Below are positions 37,853 through 52,994 of a DNA stretch of 64,000 nt, piece by piece. The position numbers and the translations under genes were made by a program. Source of the DNA: Octopus sinensis (Eukaryota); assembly GCF_006345805.1 (NCBI RefSeq), contig NC_043020.1, forward strand, positions 1,488,001 to 1,552,000, in the 5' to 3' direction. The notes under the pieces are model-generated. The model was not told where the DNA came from and did not search any database. It worked only from the letters and a program-made list of their open reading frames with translations. Position 1 is the stretch's first letter; every line of letters starts with the position of its first letter.

Positions 37853-38407
37853 GTTCTTCTTTAACTCTTTTTAGTAAATTTTCACCGGCCACCTACTACG
37901 TAGCAAAGTTGTGAGATAAAGTGCCTTGTTTTAACCCCCAACCTTTAAATCCTAGGGAGGTCCTGCAGATTTTTATAGTCCCGGATATCGTAATCATTTG
38001 AATTAAGGATTTGCGTCCTTTCCCTAAGATCGCAAGTTCAGGTATATTTTGCTCCAGACTGGTTGGTATATAATCTTATCGCTCTAATAACAATAGGTAT
38101 GAAGAAGAAAATTGTATATTGGGTACTAAATGTGTAAACTCCTTATCAATGGTCCATAAATGTTCTCTTTCTCTTGTATTTTCTCACTACTTTCGGGCCC
38201 AGAGGGCAGCTGATTTCTACAATAGAACTTATCTTTTCTTTGTGGGCCCACTCGAAGATATTTGACCGGTTGTGTTTTAAATTGGTAGCTGTTTTAGTTC
38301 CACCAACATTCTTTTGGCTCGTCAGTCCAAGTTTTATTCAAGCTAACAAAACGACAAAAATTAAGAGAGTACATAAATACAGGTGTGTATGTCTGTTTTT
38401 TTCCTTC

Positions 38408-38698
38408 TTAAGCCATGCCTGGCTCACAAGGGCCGGTTTCCCGGTTTCCTTTGCGTACAGGTTCCCCACTCGGACGGGACGCAGGACTGTCGCAGGTGAA
38501 CTGCAAGATGCAGGAGGAAAGAGTTAGAGAAAGTTGTGGCGAAAGAGTCAGCAGAAGTTTCACCATTACCTTCTGCCGGAGCCGCGTTGAGCTTAGGTGT
38601 TTTCGCTCATAAACACACACATCGCGCGGTCTGAGATTCGAACCTGCGATCCTTCGATCGCGAGTCCGCTGCTCTAACCACCAGGCCATGTACCTCCA
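38408..38698 (-). mobile_element. SINE C with tail U
   Basis: Head ggaggtacatggcctggtggttagagcagcggactcgcgatcg..ggttcgaatctcagacc. Confidence 0.9.
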
Positions 38699-39063
38699 CA
38701 ATGTATGTATGTATGTATGTATGTATGTATGTATGTATGTATGCTTGTATCTGTGTGTATGTTTGTTTTGTATATTTGTATATATGCGTATGCAAGTGCG
38801 TATGTGCTATATGTACGTATGTATGTATGCATGTTTGTACGTATGTATGTGTCTGTATGTATGAGTGTGAGTATGAATAAGTGGGCGTGTATTTGTGGGT
38901 GTATATAGGTATGTATATATGTGTGTGAAGTCATGCATACGTATCCGGGTATGTGTTATGTGTATGCATTTATTTATGTATCTTTCTATATATATATGTA
39001 TATAGCTGTGCGTATGCATGTAGGTAACTCTGTGTATGTATACATTCACATCTTGTGCGCACG

Positions 39064-39095
<32 letters not shown>

Positions 39096-39204
39096 GGAGC
39101 ACTCTGTCAGTTACAACGACGATGGTCCCAGCGGATACGATCAATGGATCAGCTTGCTCGTGAAATTAACCTGCAAGTGGCTGAGCACTCCACAGACACG
39201 TGTG

Positions 39205-39236
<32 letters not shown>

Positions 39237-39359
39237 GGAGAGTTTACGAAAAAAACAAAAGACGAAGACAGGTGGTGTACTAAACAAACAGATGTATTAG
39301 TATAAGGCTCAGGAACAGAAAAAAGTTTTTTACGTTTATATATATATATATATAAAATA

Positions 39360-39827
39360 TAGTGTACATTTAAACACATGAGGAATCCACTCGTGGGATT
39401 CAACACGCATGAAAGAACAGCTAGGTTCTATAACCACAAAATTAGGGATAAAATTCGACAGGAACGAAATGCAAAAATAAAAACATTTTACCATTTAGTT
39501 TCCTGGACCAATTGTTTCTGATTTTAGTTTAGCAAGTAAAATAACATATACTCACTAGGTGAAATCACCCTCAGCAGGAACACCTTGGGTTAAATATATA
39601 AACACGAGGCGATCAAATTACGTGCCTCTTGTTTATACACCCTAATTTTTTCAAAATCTGCTGCGCAGCCGCAGCCCTTCGCCGGCAATAAAGAAATGCC
39701 AACTTTTAAAACTGAAAATTATCCCAAAACTTACAATACTTAATCATATGTGGTTATAGAACCTAGCTGTTCTTTCTAGCGGGTTGAATCCCACAAGTGG
39801 ATTCCTCATGTGTTTAAATGTACCCTG
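39360..39827. mobile_element. Tc1/mariner-type MITE with ~80-bp TIRs
   Basis: gtacatttaaacacatgaggaatccac..gaaagaacagctaggttctataaccac (39363-39437) is inverted against 39750-39823; the right end reads ta-cagggtacatt. Confidence 0.85.
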
Positions 39828-39934
39828 TATATTATGAGTAATACATAGTCTTTGGACTAAATTTTTACACGTTAGGCCACTGGAGATGGAAATTTTAATT
39901 AATTTCCATTTCCCTTTAATATGATTAAGTATTG

Positions 39935-39970
<36 letters not shown>

Positions 39971-39981
39971 ATATATATATA

Positions 39982-40015
<34 letters not shown>

Positions 40016-40365
40016 TTGTATATATATACATAATATTACGGAATATGATTCCAAACTTACAGGGAAAAGTTCAGTTTAGTAATACTAAATCAAATTTCCC
40101 AATATATAATATCGAATTGATTTTGTTATCAATTTGAAAATATAGCCACGAAACACGTGTAGTCTATTTACTAATTTTATACTATTTATTTATTATATAG
40201 TACTTTATTTAGTTGTAGGTAAATGTTTTATCGCATCTTTAATTTTTTTCTAGATGGTGCGATTTAAGTATATCATTGTTGAATCGCTTCATGGTGGTTC
40301 TTCCCTAATTTATATACATACATGCATACATACATACACACATACACACACACACATACATACAC

Positions 40366-40406
<41 letters not shown>

Positions 40407-40419
40407 TATTTTACTCTTT

Positions 40420-40831
40420 TACGCTTTTACACGTTTCAGACAGTTGACTGAGGCCATGCTGGAGCACCGCCTTTAGTCGAAGAAATTGACCCCAGGACTT
40501 ATTCTTTGTAAGACTTATTCTATCGGTCTTTTGTGCCGAACAGCTCAGTTTCGAGGACACAAACATACCAGCATCGGTTGTCAAGCGATGGTGGGGGACA
40601 AACACAGACGCAGACTCACATACATAAATATATATATACACGCACATATATATGTATATTCGTTCGACTCCATTCTTTCATTTATTCATATAAAAAAAAC
40701 TCACAAATTACCACACAAGAACACGGGGTTTCGGCCCTTGGCATTTAGCTTCAACCGTGTTTTCTGACGTGAATTTGTTACCCAGGTATCGATTAACCGA
40801 ATTATCAATACTAGGATAATTCATTCACCTA

Positions 40832-40911
<80 letters not shown>

Positions 40912-41042
40912 GACAGGCTTCTTTTTCAGTTTTCGTCTACCAAATCCACTCACGAGCCTGAGAGTATAGTAGAAGACACTTGCCCAAGGTGCCACTCAGT
41001 GGGACTGAACCCGGAACCATGTGGTTGGGAAGGAAGCTTCTT

Positions 41043-41045
<3 letters not shown>
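40420..41045 (-). mobile_element. SINE B split into tail (40420-40640) and head (40905-41045) parts
   Basis: Both halves match the family B consensus in the same orientation. Confidence 0.75.
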
Positions 41046-41091
<46 letters not shown>

Positions 41092-41105
41092 TCACACTCA
41101 CACAT

Positions 41106-41154
<49 letters not shown>

Positions 41155-41773
41155 TACATGTTTTGTACTTGTGAGCATGTGTTCGAACACAAACACATAT
41201 ACACACAGAATGCACACACACACACGTGTGTGTTTCTACGCGTGTATGCATGTATGTTTGCACATCTTCAGGTATGTATGGACAGCGTTTAACAAACAAG
41301 AATGCCGTTATGGAATGTCGTATTCTTGTCGTTCTCAGTTGACAAAGCGCTGAAGAGTAAGGTGAAGTAGTTTACCCTTTGGAATTCCTTCCATCTCGGT
41401 TACGCTTCATAGCAGAAACAATTTCCTCGTATTCCACACCTTCCGAATTTCACCTTTGTTATCTGTTGTCCTGGGGCATTTGTATCAAGCGAAACAGTTA
41501 ATTAGAAAAAGAGAAAAAAAAAAAAGGTAGAACCCTTGCCTGTTAATTAAATAGTATCTGTTTCGTTGTTAAATAGGTTACAAGAGGGGAGAATAAAATA
41601 AAGGAAAACATTCATTCACTCACTCATTCCCTTTTGTCACTCGTTCCCTTTTGTCACTCACGCATTCACTGGCACACACACACGCACTAGACCTCCTTAC
41701 ATACAAATACACACGCGCACACACACATACACATACGCACACACATATACGCATACACACACATATATAGACT

Positions 41774-41805
<32 letters not shown>

Positions 41806-41967
41806 ATATACATATATATGTACGTGTCTAAGTGAAACGTACCTCTCCTACATATACATATATACATACACACATACATATATATATATATATGCATATA
41901 TATATATATATATATGCATATATATATATGTATATATATATATGTATATATATATGTGCATATATAT

Positions 41968-42010
<43 letters not shown>

Positions 42011-42681
42011 GTATATATCAACCTTTAGATTTTATATATTATACATCATTATACACAACCCCACCACATATATATGTCAACCTGTCTGCCTATGTGTGTG
42101 TTTCTCTTTGTGTGTGTGTGTATGCATGTATACAGAGTCGCCCTGTATATTTCTATATTGAAAAACTTATAAAATATACAACTTCAAACCGAGAAGCAGG
42201 TTAAAGCAATTAGTGCATGACAAATTTCAAATCGGTTTCTATAGAAACACTCACTTTTACATACAATTCGAGTTATATGTTTGCATAGTACCAACACTGA
42301 AGGATTAAATTTGTTACACAATGGAGTACCAAGTCGGCTGACTCTGGTCTTGTATACAGATTTGTCTCAAAGTTGACGCCTGAAATATTTCTATATCCTG
42401 CAGGTGTAGACTGGCTCTGTGGTTACATGTTTGTTTGGCAACCACATGGTTCTAGGTTCAATCCCACTCCGTGGCACCTTGGTCAAGTGTTTTCTGCTAT
42501 ATCCTCGGGCCGATCAAAGCCTTGTGAATGGATTTGGTAGGTGGAAACTGTTGTCAAACATTAAAAACTGCGAAACACTGGTATCTGCAGTTCTCGTTTT
42601 CACTTCGGTGCGATTTCGTTTCGCCTGACTCTGGAGTAATGCACGATTAATTGAGGACAATGAAAATATATAAATATTACA

Positions 42682-42985
42682 AGGCAGTGAGTTGGCAGAA
42701 ACGTTAGCACGCCAGGCGAAGTGCTTAGCGGTATTTCGCCTGCCGCTACGTTCTGAGTTCAGATTCTGCCGAGGTCAACTTTGCCTTTCATCCTTTCGGG
42801 GTCGATTAAATAAGTACCAGTTACGCACTGGGGTCGATATAATGACCTTAATCCGTGTGTCTGTCCTTCTTTGTCCTCTCTGTGTTTAGCCCCTTGTGGG
42901 TAGTAAAGAAATAGGTATTTCGTCTGCCGTTAAGTTCTGAGTTCAGATTCCGCCGAGGTTGACTTTGCCTTTCATCCTTTCGGGG
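42682..42985 (+). mobile_element. SINE A plus partial headless second unit
   Basis: Junction aaagaaata|ggtatttcg at 42913|42914. Confidence 0.88.
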
Positions 42986-42998
42986 ATATATATATATG

Positions 42999-43054
<56 letters not shown>

Positions 43055-43549
43055 GTGTATATAAATATATATATACATATATATGCATACATACATATAT
43101 ATGTATTTGCGCGCGCGTTTGTATCAGCCACTTGACGACCGTGTTGGTTTGTTTACATCTCAGCAAAAGGAAAAAACGATAGAAAAAGCAAAACAAAAAG
43201 AAAGAGAAAAGACCACTTCGGATACTTTTGTTATTTCGATCGTATATTTATAATGGCGTATCTGCCCCACTTTATCTCGTGTGTCGTGTTATGCACTTAT
43301 TAGGTCCGCCATTTCCAAGTTAATCTTTGCCCGCTTTTTTTCTCTCACGCTCCAGTTTTCATCGTGTTGTCAACATGATCGGCTTGGGTCGCACGAATAA
43401 TGATGTCCACTCTATCGTTCAATCCCCTAACAACACATGCCTGCCAGATTTTGTTCCGGTCAACAAGCCAATGCCCTCTCCGTCTCTGTCTCTGTCTCTG
43501 TCTCTCTCTGTCTCTGTCTGTCTGTCTCTCTCCCTCTCTATCTTTCTCC

Positions 43550-43617
<68 letters not shown>

Positions 43618-43733
43618 GGAGAGAAGAGGGTGGAATGGGGTGGTCAGAAACACATATATACACTACAAACATGTTTGTATGTGCACATATGCAATATATT
43701 TACATATGTATATCTATATACACGCTAATAATA

Positions 43734-43774
<41 letters not shown>

Positions 43775-43806
43775 TATAGTATATTATATATACATACATA
43801 CATACG

Positions 43807-43841
<35 letters not shown>

Positions 43842-43930
43842 TCTTTTACTCTTTTATTTGTTTCAGTGATTTGACTGCGGCCATGCAGTCAATCAATCAA
43901 TCAACCAATCAATCAATCAATCTATCTATC

Positions 43931-44032
<102 letters not shown>

Positions 44033-44140
44033 CCTATCTATCTATCTATCTATCTATCTATATACACTTATATATATATATAGGTATATACACACACTAA
44101 CGTATATCCATGTGTATTTACATTATTACATTGGCACGCA

Positions 44141-44204
<64 letters not shown>

Positions 44205-45838
44205 ACCAAGTCCACAGATAGAATGTGTGGAATGTTATGAAGTCATTGTGATATCCTGATAGCTCCTAGAAAGGCAGGAAGCTTTTTGTTGCACATACTG
44301 TTAAGATTCGTCCCAAGTGTCAAGATAAAATATTAGAACATTGCAAGTTATGATAGAATGTGAAAAGTATAATCCTTTTGTAACAGGTTTCTTTGGCAAA
44401 CTATCACGGGGCAGAGGTTTAAGACTTCGGTGAATTATTTTGTCTGAAAACCATCAGAGGACGCAAATTTCCGCGTGTTCAGAATAGTAAAGGAACGTTA
44501 GCGTAGGAATTTTAGGTATGCGAACACCACGGATAGTCTTTGGAAGAATTTAATAGGGATTTGGCTTAAACATGCAACCGCTAATCTAATGAAAGTTAAA
44601 GTGTAAGACCTTACTTTGGATTTCAGTGCTGACAAGTAGCATTCCTCACAGAAATGTGAAGATTGTATATAGTACCCCATTACATCACGGCGTTAGTGCG
44701 GAGTGTGGATTTTGTAAGAAGTTAGTATACATTGAGGATTTCCCAACTCCACCCTCGAAGAGATTTATGAAGAGGAAGCTAACATGGTTTATTCTTTGGT
44801 TTTATTTAGATGCCACTACAGACATAAGCAGGAACATTTTACTCTTCTTTTGTTGCCATATTTCAAATACACATAGATACCATAAGCTTTTTGTTGTGCA
44901 TACTGTTAAGATTCGTTACTCGTGCCAAGATAATATATTAGGACATTGCAAGCTATGATAGAATGTAAAAAGCAACATAATCCTATGCAACACTTATCGT
45001 ACGTACTCACTGGTGACTGCAGGAATCAATTTGGTTTCCAAGGTAGTTGTTTATTGAACAACCCTCTCGCAATCTAACGATTTATTGCAGCACAACATGA
45101 GACTGAAGCCAGTAACTTCAAGAAAAGTTTCACTCAGTATATAGAGTCTTTCAGATTTAGTATCAAGAAATATTCCACCACCCTGTCCAGTTTTATCAGG
45201 AAACATCAAGATCAGGTGTTGTTTACGTCCCCGTCACTTAGTGGGTCAGTACAAGGCTGTTAGAGTAATTACTAAACAAGCAAAGTAAAAACTCTGGCCT
45301 TCTATACCCTTCAAGGCATTGCCCCAGCATGACCGCATTCCAGTGATTAAAACATGAAGAAATAAAGAAAAAAATGACTAGTCATCCTCATCCTCTCTCA
45401 CTGCCCTGCACCACCTTATGGTACTCGCACGGTCTCGGTCCCTCCTTATTCGACTACTTTACCGTCGTCTTTATCTCCCACAGAAACTAGTCATACAACC
45501 TACCCCTACGCCCCAAAAACCCAACAAACAAAAAACCCCAAAGCAAAAACAAAACTAAAAAACAAATTTACCGTATCTGTTAACACTGAATTTTCATACT
45601 GCTGTTAACAACAAAAATTCCCATTTGCTAGTTTCACGGTATTAGTTCAAAGAACGTTTTCAAATTTTTCGAAGAATTTTATTGGAACTTTACTGGAATT
45701 TCTAAAACAAGCAAAAGCGAATATTCTTCTCGGTTGCTTCGGAATTATCATAAGCTCGATAGACATTTTTTTAATATCTGAGAAAGATTGACCAATGAAC
45801 AGCTAAGTCACGAAATATTATTACATGTGTGTGTGGTG

Positions 45839-45880
<42 letters not shown>

Positions 45881-45948
45881 TTGTGTGTATGTGTGTGTAT
45901 ATGTGTGTGTGTGTGTACTTACATATGTCTAGGTGATAACGTGTATAC

Positions 45949-45996
<48 letters not shown>

Positions 45997-45997
<1 letters not shown>

Positions 45998-46245
45998 GAG
46001 GCGCAATGTCTCAGTGGTTAGGGTAGCGGACTCGCGGTCGGAGGATCGCGGTTTCGATTCCCAGACCGGACGTTGTGTGGGTTTATTGAACGAAAACACC
46101 TAAAGCTCCACAAGGCTCCAGCAGGGGGGTGGGTTACGGCCCCTATTGTACTCTTTCGCCCCAACTTTCTCTCACTCTTTCTTCCTGTTTCTTGAGTAAC
46201 GCTGCGATGGACTGGCGTCCCGTCCAGCTGGGTTTGAAAAGGGCG
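45997..46245 (+). mobile_element. SINE C with tail U
   Basis: ggaggcgcaatgtctcagtggttagggtagcggactcgcggtc..gctgcgatggactggcgtcccgtccagctgg. Confidence 0.9.
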
Positions 46246-46354
46246 CAAAAAAATATGTATATATACACACATTCACATATGTGTATACATACATACATAC
46301 AACATACATACATACATACATACATAATAACATACACACACATACATTAGACGA

Positions 46355-47064
46355 AGGCGACGCTGTGTAGTAAGAAGCTTGCTTCCCAAACACATGGTTC
46401 CAGGTTCAGTCCCACTGCGTGGTACCTCCGGCAAGTGTCTTCTACTATAGCCTTTTGAGTGGATTTGGTAGATGGAAACTGAAAGAAGCCCATAGCATAC
46501 ACACACACACATGTGTATATGTATATGAGTTTTGTGTGTGTGTGTATGTGTATTTGCCCCCACCTCGCCTGGCAAGCGATGTTAGCGTGTTTACGTCCAC
46601 GTAACTTAGCGGTTCGGCCATATAGAATGATAGGATAAATACTAGGTTTAAAAGAAACGCACTGGTCTCAATCGATTCGTCTAAAATTCCAACATGGCCA
46701 TAGCCTAGTGATTGTAAATGATAACAGGTATACATGTATGTAGATTGTATATACACCTACATTTATATGCACATATATCAATTAAATATATACACATATG
46801 CATATATATGGTGTCTATATATTCTTTTATCCTTGTACTTGTTCCAGTCATTTGATTGCAGCCATGCTGGAGCACCGCCTTGAAGGTTTGTAGTCGAACA
46901 TATCAACTGTTGGACTTATTTATTTTTAAGCCTAATATTTATTCTGTCGGTGTCTTTTGCCGAACCTCTAAGTTACGGGGGCGTAAACACATCATCAGTT
47001 GCCAAGCGGTGATGGTGGTAGTGGTGGTGGTGGTGCTGGTGGTGGGCACAAACACAGATACAAA

Positions 47065-47101
<37 letters not shown>

Positions 47102-47240
47102 GACGGGCTTCTTTCAGTTTCCGCCTACCGAATCCACTCATAAGACCTTGGTCGACCCGAGGCTACAGTAGAAGACACCCGGCGAAGGTGCCACGCAGTG
47201 GGACTGAACCCGAAACCATGTGGTTGGGAAGTAAGCTTAT
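46355..47240. mobile_element. Two convergent SINE B copies (plus ~46355-46730; minus ~46820-47240)
   Basis: Heads and tails match family B. Confidence 0.8.
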
Positions 47241-47507
47241 GCCTATATGCATGTATGTTTGTGCTTGTATAGTACGAATACAATGGCTACAGGGCAACTG
47301 AGATTGTCAACCTAGATTTAGTATAACTGCTAATAACAGACAATAAAACACGGATTAAATCTTACTATTTTTATCCTCAAAAAAGATAAGACTTATTGTT
47401 GTCATTCTGCACAGTCATTCACAGAAGGTTTCTTTCATTTTTTCTTTATCTTTTGAGACGTTGGCTAGGCTGTGTGGTTAAAGAGCGCGCTCTGCAACCA
47501 TGTGGAC

Positions 47508-47553
<46 letters not shown>

Positions 47554-47585
47554 ATATATATATATATTATATATATATATTATAT

Positions 47586-47770
47586 AGATCCGTTCTGTCT
47601 GTGTGTGTGTGTCTTCTAGGATCTCGGCCATACTCCATCCGATTGCGCTCAAATTTGATATGTAGATAACGACGGTATCAGGGCGTGTTTAAGTCTTGAA
47701 AAAATTTCAAAAATCGATTCCAGGTGAGAATGCGATCGATAAAGTGAATAAAATCGTTTTTCTTTGGAAT
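47586..47770 (+). mobile_element. Non-autonomous Helitron-like element 5' part (paralog at 52094-52240)
   Basis: ccgttctgt(gt)n cttctaggatctcgg.cat.ctccatccgattgcgctcaaatttgatatgtagata is shared by both loci; the layout recalls Lep1-type Helitron 5' regions. Confidence 0.6.
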
Positions 47771-47951
47771 AGAAAAAAAAAGTCTATCTTTATTTCTTCT
47801 TTTGTTGGTGTCTTAAATTTAGGTTAAATCAGTGTTTCTCAAAGGGGAGGCCTATGGGACGGTCCGACAAGTTGTTTTGAGAAAATTTGGTTTAAATGGT
47901 AGACAACTCAGCGCCGTCCATTGGACGGGAGGGGCGTTTTGCTCGTATATA

Positions 47952-47987
<36 letters not shown>

Positions 47988-48169
47988 TGTATGTATGTAT
48001 GCATGTATTTATGTATAGTAAAGTTTATATGCCAAGAGAATGTGGAAGTGTTATAAAGGAGAAAGTTACTGTTGTTTTAGCCCCAGGAAGACATCGCCTG
48101 GGCGTGTGTACGTGTGTGTGTGTGCGTGTGTGCGCGCGGATTTGTGTGTGGTGTGCGTGCATAAAGGAT

Positions 48170-48505
48170 AAAGACCCTCTTCGGTCATGAATGACCATGG
48201 GATAGCATCTAGAAAGTTACCCTCCGAAGCACAAGTCCAGGCGATGTTGTTCACGGAAGACCAGCGGTCGCCCCTACAAACCAGCCTCTCCTCTCTACAC
48301 CACCGATGTTATCTGAGGGAAAGGTAAAGGGGCCGATACAACTTGACACCAGTGACGTCACAACTCATTTCTACAGTTGAGTGAACTGGAGCAATGTGAA
48401 ATAAAGTGTCTTGCTCAAGAACACTGCACACATCCCAGTCCCAGAATCGAACTCACTACTTCATGACTGCAGGCCTGACGCTGTAACCACCGAGTCATGC
48501 GTCTT
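48170..48505 (-). mobile_element. SINE D with a third tail (V)
   Basis: CORE-like gttcttgagcaagacactttatttcacattgctccagttcactcaactg; tail V ends in the hairpin ggtcattcatgacc and recurs at ~26620-26680. Confidence 0.75.
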
Positions 48506-48793
48506 CTCTTATTCTTGGCGAGCGCTTTCTTTTACAGCCCTAGGCCGATCAATGGCCGGCGTGTGAATTTGGTGCTCCGGCATGTATGTGTATTCGCGTG
48601 CGTACCTGTAAGTATATTTGTGAAAATGCGTTTTGTAAATGGAACAGTTTGTTAAGGAAGTAACAATAGGTCGAGATACATTTGTCATCGGTTACTATGG
48701 TTACTGTATCTCAAGCTAAGATGTAATTATACAGCAGAAGGGGGAGGTACGGTAGTGGTAACAGCGGTGGTGGTGGTGGTGGTATTAGTAGAG

Positions 48794-49212
48794 ATAATAA
48801 GGCGGCGAGCTGGCGGAAACGTTAGCACGCCGGGCGAAATGCTTAGCGGTATTTCGTCTGCGTTACGTTGTGAGTTCAAATTCAGCCGAGGTCGACTTGC
48901 CTTTCATCCTTTCGGGGTCGATAAATTAAGTACCAGTTACGCACTGGGGTCGATGTAATCGACTTAATACCTATGTCTGTCCTTGTTTGTTCCCTCTGTG
49001 TTTAGCCCCTTGTGGGTAATAAAGAAATAGGTATTTCGTCTGCGTTACGTTTTGAGTTCAAATTCCGCCGAGGTCGACTTTGCCTTTCATCCTTTCGGGG
49101 TCGATAAATTAAGTACCAGTTACGCACTGGGGTCGATGTAATCGACTTAATCCGTTTGTCTGTCCTTGTTTGTCCGCTCTGTGTTTAGCCCCTTGTGGTT
49201 AGTAAAGAAATA
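48794..49212 (+). mobile_element. SINE A dimer with 13-bp TSD
   Basis: Junction at 49029|49030; TSD ggtattagtagag at 48781-48793 and 49213-49225. Confidence 0.93.
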
Positions 49213-49423
49213 GGTATTAGTAGAGTGAAAAAACTATAAACGAAAAGATGAACGTTTTCTGGCCAGGATTCCCGCGGTTGGGGATTTTATGTCTTTTTTT
49301 TTAATCTTTTGCTTTCCTTTTTCAATTATTTGACTGCGACCATACTGGGACTCTGCCTTCAAGGGTTTTAGTCGAACAAATCATCCCCACCCTAAATATT
49401 AAAAAAAAAAATTATGGAATTAT

Positions 49424-49591
49424 GGAGTGGCTGTGTGGTAAGTAGCTTGCTTATGAGCTACATGGTTCCGGGTTCAGTTCCACTGCGTGGCATCTTGGGA
49501 AAATGTCTCCTACTATAGCCTCGGGCCGACCAAAGCCTTGTGAGTGGATTTGGTAGACGGAAACTAAAAGAAGCCTGTCGTATGTATATAT

Positions 49592-49629
<38 letters not shown>

Positions 49630-49825
49630 TTGTGTGTCTGTGTTTGTCCCCCTAGCATTGCTTGACAACCGATGCTGGTGTGTTTACGTCCCCGTCACTT
49701 AGCGGTTCGGCAAAAAGAGACCGATAGAATAAGTCCCGGGGTCGATTTGCTCGACTAAAGGCGGTGCTCCAGCATGGCCGCAGTCAAATGACTGAAACAA
49801 GTAAAAGTAAAAGTAAAAAGTAAGT
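49424..49825 (+). mobile_element. SINE B, near full length, (GTAAAA)n tail
   Basis: Matches the 33415 copy. Confidence 0.92.
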
Positions 49826-50126
49826 AACTTATTATTCTATCGGTCTCTGTTGCCGAAATCTAACGGAACAATCTCCTATTTGTGCATGTACGTGATGTGA
49901 TACAATCTGCACAGATTGATGAAACAGAATTAGGCACACAAAATCCTATCCATAATGGACAGTTTTCAGGATGTGTCGAAACGATCGTCGTGCTGAATAA
50001 AGAGTAGTGTCAAAGTTACGGGGGACATAAGCAAACCGGCACCGGTTGTCTCGTTGTGGAGTGGGAACAAACACGAACACAACGGTGCACACGCATGTAC
50101 ATAACAACACACGCACCTATATATGG

Positions 50127-50948
<822 letters not shown>

Positions 50949-51355
50949 AAATTCCGCCGAGGTCGACTTTGCCTTTCATCCTTTCGGGGGTCGATAAAGT
51001 AGGTACCAGCTGAACACTGGGGTCGAAACTGCTGGCCTTGTGCCAAAATTTGAAATGAAATATGTGTGTGTGTGTGCGTATGTCAGGCTTCTACATAATT
51101 TCCGTCTACCACTCACAAGGCATTGGTAGGTCCGGAGCAATAGATGAAGTCACTTGCCCAAGGTGCCACGCAACGGGACTGGGCCGTCCAAGAATTTGGA
51201 CCTGGAGATCTCCAACACTGGGGTCGATTTAACTAACTTACTCTCCCCGCCCAAATTTCTGGCCTTGTGCCAAAATTTGAAATGAGATATGTGTGTGTAT
51301 GTGTGTGTACTCCTCACTTGTTTATTTTTTTTTCAGTCAATTTCATTCGGCGATT

Positions 51356-51357
<2 letters not shown>

Positions 51358-51406
<49 letters not shown>

Positions 51407-51639
51407 GTGAGAGAGGGGTGGGGTGAGAGATGGGAGAAAGAGAGAAAGAGGGTGAGAGGGGTTGAGAGAGGGGTGGGTTGAGAGAGGGGAGAAAGAGAGA
51501 GAGAGAGAAAGAGAGAGAGAGATGAGAGAGGGGTGGTGTGAGAGATGGGAGAAAGAGAGAGGGGTGGTGTGAGAGATGGGAGAAAGAGAGAGAGAAGGTG
51601 AAAGGGGTTGAGAGAGAAAGTGGGTGAGAGAGGAGAGAA

Positions 51640-51672
<33 letters not shown>

Positions 51673-51673
51673 A

Positions 51674-51720
<47 letters not shown>

Positions 51721-51725
51721 AAGAG
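51358..51725. repeat. Purine-rich (GA)n/GGGT low-complexity tract
   Basis: Directly visible. Confidence 0.9.
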
Positions 51726-52121
51726 TAAAAAAAAGACTCCGTTTCATCATCTCCACTCATAAAACCTAGAGCAACTTCACTCGTTATAGATAGTGAAAGT
51801 AAACTTGAAATTTCCTTTGGTTCATTGATGAGTCCGATCAGCTTAGGATACATCAACGCCTAACGTACGGATCAATATTTATTAAATATTTAGCATAGGC
51901 TGTATTGTTCTGGAGTATATTTAAATGTCTAATTACATATTATACGTTTGATAAACATTAGCGTTAGAAGAATCATTGGTGGTGGTTGTTTTCTGGCTCA
52001 AGGTCGATTCGAATCGATTACATTTATCTTCAAAGTTGTTCCAATCGTGACCTCCCTTTCTTTTTCGCAGCATAATGTATTCAAGACTACTTTATCTATT
52101 ATATAAAACCCGTTCTGTGTG

Positions 52122-52152
<31 letters not shown>

Positions 52153-52337
52153 CTTCTAGGATCTCGGGCATCCTCCATCCGATTGCGCTCAAATTTGATA
52201 TGTAGATACCGACGGTATCAGGGCGTGTATGAGTGGTGCTCCAGAGTGGGCCACCACCTCGAAACAAGTAAAAGGTAAAAGAAGTGATATGAAAGATGCT
52301 TGACAAGTATTTCTTGCATACGGAACAACGACGGTGA

Positions 52338-52356
52338 AGTTTCCTCGCCCAGTTTT

Positions 52357-52423
<67 letters not shown>

Positions 52424-52461
52424 TAGTAGTAGTATTAGTTGTAGTAGTAGTAGTAGTTGTT

Positions 52462-52493
<32 letters not shown>

Positions 52494-52569
52494 CGTAGTA
52501 GTAGTAGTGGTGGTAGTAGTGGTAGTAGTAGTAGTAGTAATAGTAGTAGTGGTGGTGGTAGTAGTGGTG

Positions 52570-52636
<67 letters not shown>
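52338..52636. repeat. (GTA)n/(GTG)n array
   Basis: Directly visible; source of the poly-V and poly-Y ORFs. Confidence 0.95.
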
Positions 52637-52639
52637 TAT

Positions 52640-52862
52640 GGTGGCGCGTGGCTTTGTGCTTGGGGTGTTGTACTCATGATCATAAGTTTATGGTTTCGAT
52701 TCCTGGACAAGGCGAGGCGTTCTATTCTTGAGCAAAACACTTCATTTCACGTTGCTCCAGTCTACTCAGCTGTCAAAAAACGAGTAAGCCTGCGACGGAC
52801 TGGCGTCCTATCCAGGTGGGAATATTTATATGCCAGAGAAACCGGAAACCAGCCCTGTTCTC
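52640..52862 (+). mobile_element. SINE D with tail U
   Basis: ggcgcgtggctttgtgcttggggtg..gtttcgattcctggac..ttcttgagcaaaacacttcatttcacgttgctccagtctactcagctg..ctgcgacggactggcgtcctatccagg. Confidence 0.82.
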
Positions 52863-52994
52863 TTTATAGAGTGATGTGGACTAACCAGTAGTAGCAACAG
52901 CAGCAGCAGCAATAGTAGTAGTGGTGGTAGTTGTAGTTATCATTGGTAACAGTGTAGTTGTGTTATTAAGACACTCTGATAGAGCAGATGTATG

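Noticed and set aside
37900-38350. Complex sequence that may be a decayed LINE ORF on minus
   Set aside because: No diagnostic motif could be read in any frame.
43360-43480. Possible exon after ctttttttctctcacgctccag
   Set aside because: No convincing donor before the microsatellite; the peptide is unrecognised.
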